A stretch of 64,000 nucleotides of DNA, taken from Elsinoe ampelina (lineage: Eukaryota). Below are positions 59,165 through 64,000 of the stretch, one piece after another. Numbering within the stretch: position 1 is the first letter of the stretch; each line of letters opens with the position of its first letter. Where the stretch lies: NCBI GenBank assembly GCA_010093995.1, contig ML992502.1:1770312-1834311 (forward strand), in the 5' to 3' direction. The position numbers were made by a program, and so were the translations under genes. A model generated the notes under the pieces. The model made no database searches and was not told the DNA's origin. It worked only from the letters and a program-made list of their open reading frames with translations.

Positions 59165-60957
59165 GTGCGCGGCATATCGGCTGGCAATATGGTTAGCATA
59201 GGGTGTGGAGTCCAGGTGGTTGATCTCGTTGGGCCTGGGTCCCTTCAGTCTTAAGTTACGGAATACCTTCGTCAATGCAATTCATGTTATGACTTAGTCA
59301 TTCGATCTTTGCGCGCTTGTGTCGCTTCATTGCGGTCGACCTAAATCCTACTCACCGCATTCATACAATATGCCCGGGAGCGTAAGTTATCATACAGGAC
59401 CTAACTTATACTTAGTGGACATCTGGGCAGGCGGCCAAGTGATGATATATCTCACCGATAAGTTACTGACTAACTTACATCGGCCTTCTGAGTCATGTGG
59501 ACAACTTGAGTTATTTGCTTTCAGCTGACATGTTCCCACCTGCTGAATTTGTGCTGCGCGAAGAGCACCTACACCTGCCGTTAACAAACTCACCTCTAGA
59601 TTAAGACCACGGACACTCGCGGGATGTTCCACACCAGTGCCGCCTGCTGCAGTTTAGGATCGAGTGCTCTCGCTAGATCCCGCTCAATCGAATCCAACGT
59701 GCGGCACACTCCTGACATCCAGGCCAACATAACTTACAATGTCTACTAAGTTATGGAGCGGAAGAAACGCGAGAACACCGTAACTTATTAACTACGTAGC
59801 GACTTTAACAGCCACGGAGCTTGACGACAAAAAGTATGAAGCTTAAGCGTTACCTAGGTTCATTGAGGTCCTGCAGAGCTCGCTCTCGTCTCTCTCACAC
59901 TCTGCCTTACGCGTCATGTAACTAACTTAAGCCAACGGCCGCAGGAATCGCTGTTCCCGCTCGACAAAGGACTTCACAAGTTCCGTTCCGCTTCATTCCT
60001 GTCCGCTCTGTTCCGTTCCGTTTCAGAAGACAAGCTTCAAACGTTTATAGAAATGGCTCATGTTTGGGTCCGGTCTAAGTGACCTCCACACGTCGGATCC
60101 TCAACTCAACTCGGACACCGCACTACATACAGTCGAGACAAAGTCTGTGGTCTGATCTGGTCCATCTGGGTGCGGTGAATCTTCAGTCGTTCTACAGAGA
60201 TATTCTGCAGATTTAGTCTGACCCCGATGATGGGTAATATGCGAGCGGCCTTGGGAGTGATTAGTCGCAAAGCACATTGAGGTCTAAAAGCGTGTGCATC
60301 GTAACTTGTTTGTGCTGTACGTTGGGGTGTCCAGATGAGCGCCATCTGTGAAATGCCTAAGTAGCAGCCTAGAATGGCTCAGGTGAGTGGAAGTGGGGAC
60401 TGATCGCGGCCCTGCTCGATTTTCCACAGGTCGGTCACCGACCAAGTCCCAACGCGTGATAATTACCAAGTTACCAAATCAAGAATTTGTAGACTTGTTA
60501 ACTTAGCGTTCACGCTAGAGAGTCGCTCCGATTTGTGCCACCGTGTGCCGGCACTTACTTACTACGGTACACCTCATCAAATGCAACGCTCTTTGGTCGT
60601 CCTAACCGCAAGGAAAAATCTGTAAACTCTCAAGAAAGTGCGTTGAGTCGTTATCGTGGACGAAAAAGTCATTAACGGACGTACCCTCCAGTGACGATTA
60701 ATGTGTTTTTTTCCAATTGAGATCGTTGTCGCAGATCACTTGCCTTCGATGCCGCTGCACTATTTCTCATCATCAAAGCTTTGTCGTTCACTCCATGATG
60801 CGATGCACCTTTCCCGATTTCTTCGACACCCGAAATCAAGAGACTGATGCTATATACGTGGCTCAATAATATGTCGAGTTTTTGATGATACAAGCAATGG
60901 GCCCACCCGCTGAAATGACGTCGAAAGGCCATTGATTGGAAAATGCAAGTTAACTTA

Positions 60958-61370
60958 ACGTCACTCCCCTACAATCGACGCACCCCTACAATCGACTCAC
61001 AAATAAGCTTTTTTATACAAATATAGTTATATCTTTATAACTATAAAGGCTCTAGATCTAAAAATGATTTTATAACCTATTTAGGTATTTTACTATCTAG
61101 TACTTATAAAATAGATAACTATTATAATATCTATATAGCTTATTATATATAAGCTTTAAAATAACTAAGCTTTTTTATTAATATTATCTTTAGCTTTAAT
61201 AATATAATCTTTAATAAGCATTTATAGCTTAAATCTAGTATATATATATCTATACTATTTAATAAATAGCTACTTTACGCTTTTAAGCTTTAAATAAGTC
61301 TTTTATTTAGAATTTCTCCTTAAAAAGGCTAAAATTTTATAAAAGGTTAAATTCTAAGTTATAAGTTAAG
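60958..61370. mobile_element. Truncated, heavily RIP-mutated Fot1/pogo-like relic (element C)
   Basis: TA followed by a 43-bp TIR-like ACGTCACTCCCCTACAATCGACGCACCCCTACAATCGACTCAC, then about 370 bp of very AT/TpA-rich DNA. Confidence 0.7.
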
Positions 61371-62044
61371 TCAGTGAAGTCATCCGTCTCAGTTGCTGCT
61401 TGAACAAGCAATGTCGCACACGAAGCGTTCAGCAAAACAATGGCGGATCGTCTAGTGACTAAAATGAGATGCTATTGTCAGGTCCCGGGGGGTGAGCTAG
61501 AGACACGATATTTGAACATAACTTAACTTAATGACGTGCAAGTAATGCAATGGAGTGAAGCGTCATTGGTTTGCGAACCAACGAGTTCGAAGAGTCGAAC
61601 CAGACCAAGAAATTGAACCAAATGCCTTGGAGACCAGTCCATGATCCGAAGGGAGATCCTCTAGAGATCTTCTTTGAAAACTTCGTTCCGGTTCGTTCCA
61701 GTCAAAGATTCAGTCCTAAAGGTTGCGTTCCAAAGGCTCTACGTGATCCACCTACGAGCGGTACATCCCCACAAGCGGTACACGTAAAATAGCACCAACA
61801 ACATAAATCATGTAACTTAATTGCTCTATCAGATCAAGCTAGTTCGTCTTCTGAATCAGATAGTCGATCCGGTGGCTGTTCCTCTTCTGATTCTTCCGGT
61901 GTAGTTAGCGGTGTAAGCGATTTCTTACGCTTTTTGCCCTTCTTCTTCTTTGACGCTGCTTCGGCCTCACGAAGGACATTAATTGTCTCTTGCTCACTAA
62001 AGACAAACCGGCCCTCGATAGCAACGCGCTTACCACTTTTCTTA

Positions 62045-63920
62045 ACGTCGCGCGCCCACGAGTCGCGCACGCCCACAAGTCGCGCACACCTCATTTTTTT
62101 TTACGTGTCATCTTCGTAACTATTCTTCCTTCCTACGTGACAAACATCATTTTTCGAGCTGTTTTATATGTATTCTGAAGCAGATATCGAAGCTGCTCTC
62201 CGAGGCTATCGGAACAATACTTACAACTCGATTCGACAAGCTACCGACGCGTTTCAGATTCCGCCGTCTACGCTTCGAGATCGATACTACGGCCGACAAT
62301 CACGATATACTCGTAACGAAGGACGTCAATTACTATCTCCGGCCGAAGAACAAACGCTTGTAGGCTATATCCTTCAGCTCGATAGCCTTGGAACACCTGC
62401 GACGCCTTGCTTTATCCGTGAGCTCGTTATCGAGATAATTCAACACCGAGCACGTATATCGGACAACGAACTTCCCTCTGCTCTATTACACCCTATCGGA
62501 AAGACGTGGTTACGGCGACTATATAAACGTCATCCGGAGATTAAGACGCGTCAATCCCGTCAACTAGAGTCGTCACGGTTTAAAGCTAGAACCTACGAGG
62601 CTATTGCGCCGTTCTTTAATGCGTTATCCGACTTGTTCGAAAAGCACAACTATCCGCCAACAAACGTGTATAACCTTGACGAGGTAGGCGCTAGCGTCGG
62701 TTTAACTCAATCGACGCAAGTAGTAGTCAGTTCAGATCCTAGCCGTCGTCGAAAGAAGGCTAGAAAACGCGTTGTCGGCCGACAGGAGTAGATATCAATT
62801 CTGGAGTGTATTCGAGCCTCCGGAGATGCGCTACCCCCCCTTATAATATACAAGGCTAAAAACCTCCAAACAAACTAGATTCCAGATCCGTAGCCGGCCG
62901 GATGGCGATTCTCAACATCGAATAAAGGCTGGACAAGCGACGCACACGGTTACGAGTGGCTTACGACTGTTTTTGAACCGGAAACACGTGACGTTGACAG
63001 TCATCGACGCCTCCTTGTTCTAGACGGCCATAGCTCACACGTTACGGCTGCATTTGCCTTCTTCTGTTTCGAGCATAATATTGACCTAGTTGTCTTTCCA
63101 CCACATGCGTCGCATATCCTTCAGCCCCTCGACGTTGCTTGTTTTTCGCCGTTGAAGACAGCCCTTACGAAGGAGATCGACAATCTGATGCGTCTCGATT
63201 CAGGCCGAATACACCGAGTATAGTGGACCGAATCCTACGTAAATGCCAGAATACGCGCTCTGACTGTAAACAACATCAAATCTGGTTTTGCGCATTCTGG
63301 CATCTATCCGATTAGCCCTATTACGGTGCTTGCAAATTTGCCACACGAATCACGTGATCGACCAGTTACTCCAACGGAAAGTATAACGGAAAACGGCCAA
63401 TTCGACTCGGAAGTCTTGCGGTTAGGGTCGCCACAATCCGGCGCAAGTTTACGTACGGTCAACCGTAGTCTGAACGCACGGATGGCCGTCGTCGACGTCG
63501 AATCACCAGTAAAGCGATATATCTCAAAAATGACGTCACAGATAGAATCGTCGACGGCGGCCTTATCACTACTTCAACGGGAGGTTCACCAACAGCGCCA
63601 GCTTCTAGAGACGCGTAAGCGTAAGAAGAGTGGTAAGCGCGTCGCTGTCGAAGGCCGCTTCGTCTTTAGTGAGCAAGAAACGATCGATATCCTTCGTAAA
63701 GCTGAAGAAGAGACGAAGAAGAAGAAGGGCAAAAAGCGTAAAAAATCACTTACGCCAGATCCTACACCAGAGGTATCGGAAGACGAAGAACCTATTGAGG
63801 TACCTGACGACTCAGAAGACGAGCTAGCTTGATTTGATAGAGTAATTGACTATTCTTGTTCAAAAGTACCTTTTTACGTGCGCGACTTGTGGGCGTGCGC
63901 GACTCGTGGGCGCGCGACGT
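62045..63920 (+). mobile_element. Complete Fot1/pogo (Tc1-mariner superfamily) transposon, element B, 1876 bp
   Basis: Perfect 43-bp TIRs 62045-62087 and 63878-63920; TA target duplication at 62043-62044 and 63921-63922. Confidence 0.96.
62168..63832 (+). pseudogene. DD35D transposase with HTH-psq/CENP-B N-terminus, inactivated by four TAG stops
   Basis: IPPSTLRDR, LSPAEEQTL, YNLDEVG, LVLDGHSSH, HILQPLDV (35 residues between D2 and D3); TAG at 62789, 62876, 62891 and 63221; no frameshift. Confidence 0.93.
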
Positions 63921-64000
63921 TACGCTTACGCGTCTCAAGAAGCTGCCGCTGTTGTTCAATCTCGCGCCGGAGTAGTATAAGGGACGTTGTTGCCGATTCA

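Larger units (their letters stand above)
61741..64000 (-). mobile_element. Fot1/pogo-like DNA transposon (element A), 3' end; interrupted by element B and continuing beyond the window
   Basis: TIR-like 61741-61783; transposase C-terminus on minus strand at 61834-62044 and 63923-64000, rejoining in frame (LETRKR/KKSGKR) when B is removed. Confidence 0.88.

Noticed and set aside
59197..59260. CATAGGGTGTGGAG resembles the 5' part of fungal 5S rRNA
   Set aside because: Similarity stops after about 14 nt; no internal A/C boxes or closing stem
59978..60025. GTTCC iterations resembling subterminal repeats of a DNA transposon
   Set aside because: No matching terminal inverted repeat, target duplication or transposase remnant found
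1..64000. CRISPR arrays, rRNA operon, tRNA genes, MAT locus, Starship captain recombinase
   Set aside because: None recognised by eye; tRNAscan-SE and Infernal would be needed to exclude small RNA genes

Overview
Gene-dense DNA from a filamentous ascomycete (Pezizomycotina). The evidence is short GT-AG introns with CTRAC branch points, fungal gene families and RIP-damaged transposons; a finer taxonomic call is not supportable from sequence alone. About 24 protein-coding genes can be modelled: C2H2 finger protein, Nudix hydrolase, SnoaL-like protein, M28 aminopeptidase, PTH11-like membrane protein, GH7 cellobiohydrolase, beta-hydroxyacid dehydrogenase, N-acetylglutamate synthase, Ndt80-family TF, SRP receptor beta, cystathionine beta-synthase, two RBR E3 ligases, HUT1, SCS3/FIT, Rab5, P450, DJ-1/PfpI, DNAJC7-like co-chaperone, GGCT, IDI-4/JlbA-like bZIP, a Cys-Pro/His repeat protein and a candidate microprotein. 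There are two disabled host genes, and from about 59.2 kb a transposon-rich zone with nested Fot1/pogo elements. The most notable unexplained signals are a bromodomain-like insert inside an IBR domain, an apparent GA-AG intron competing with a canonical donor, an intron-linked 22-aa ORF alone in a 4.6-kb gene desert, a six-CP-motif candidate heme binder, about nine C-rich to G-rich skew flips not tied to gene structure, three 43-bp TIRs sharing one scaffold with different core words, and a dense TAACTTA motif cluster. All product calls come from motif recognition by eye; no searches were run.
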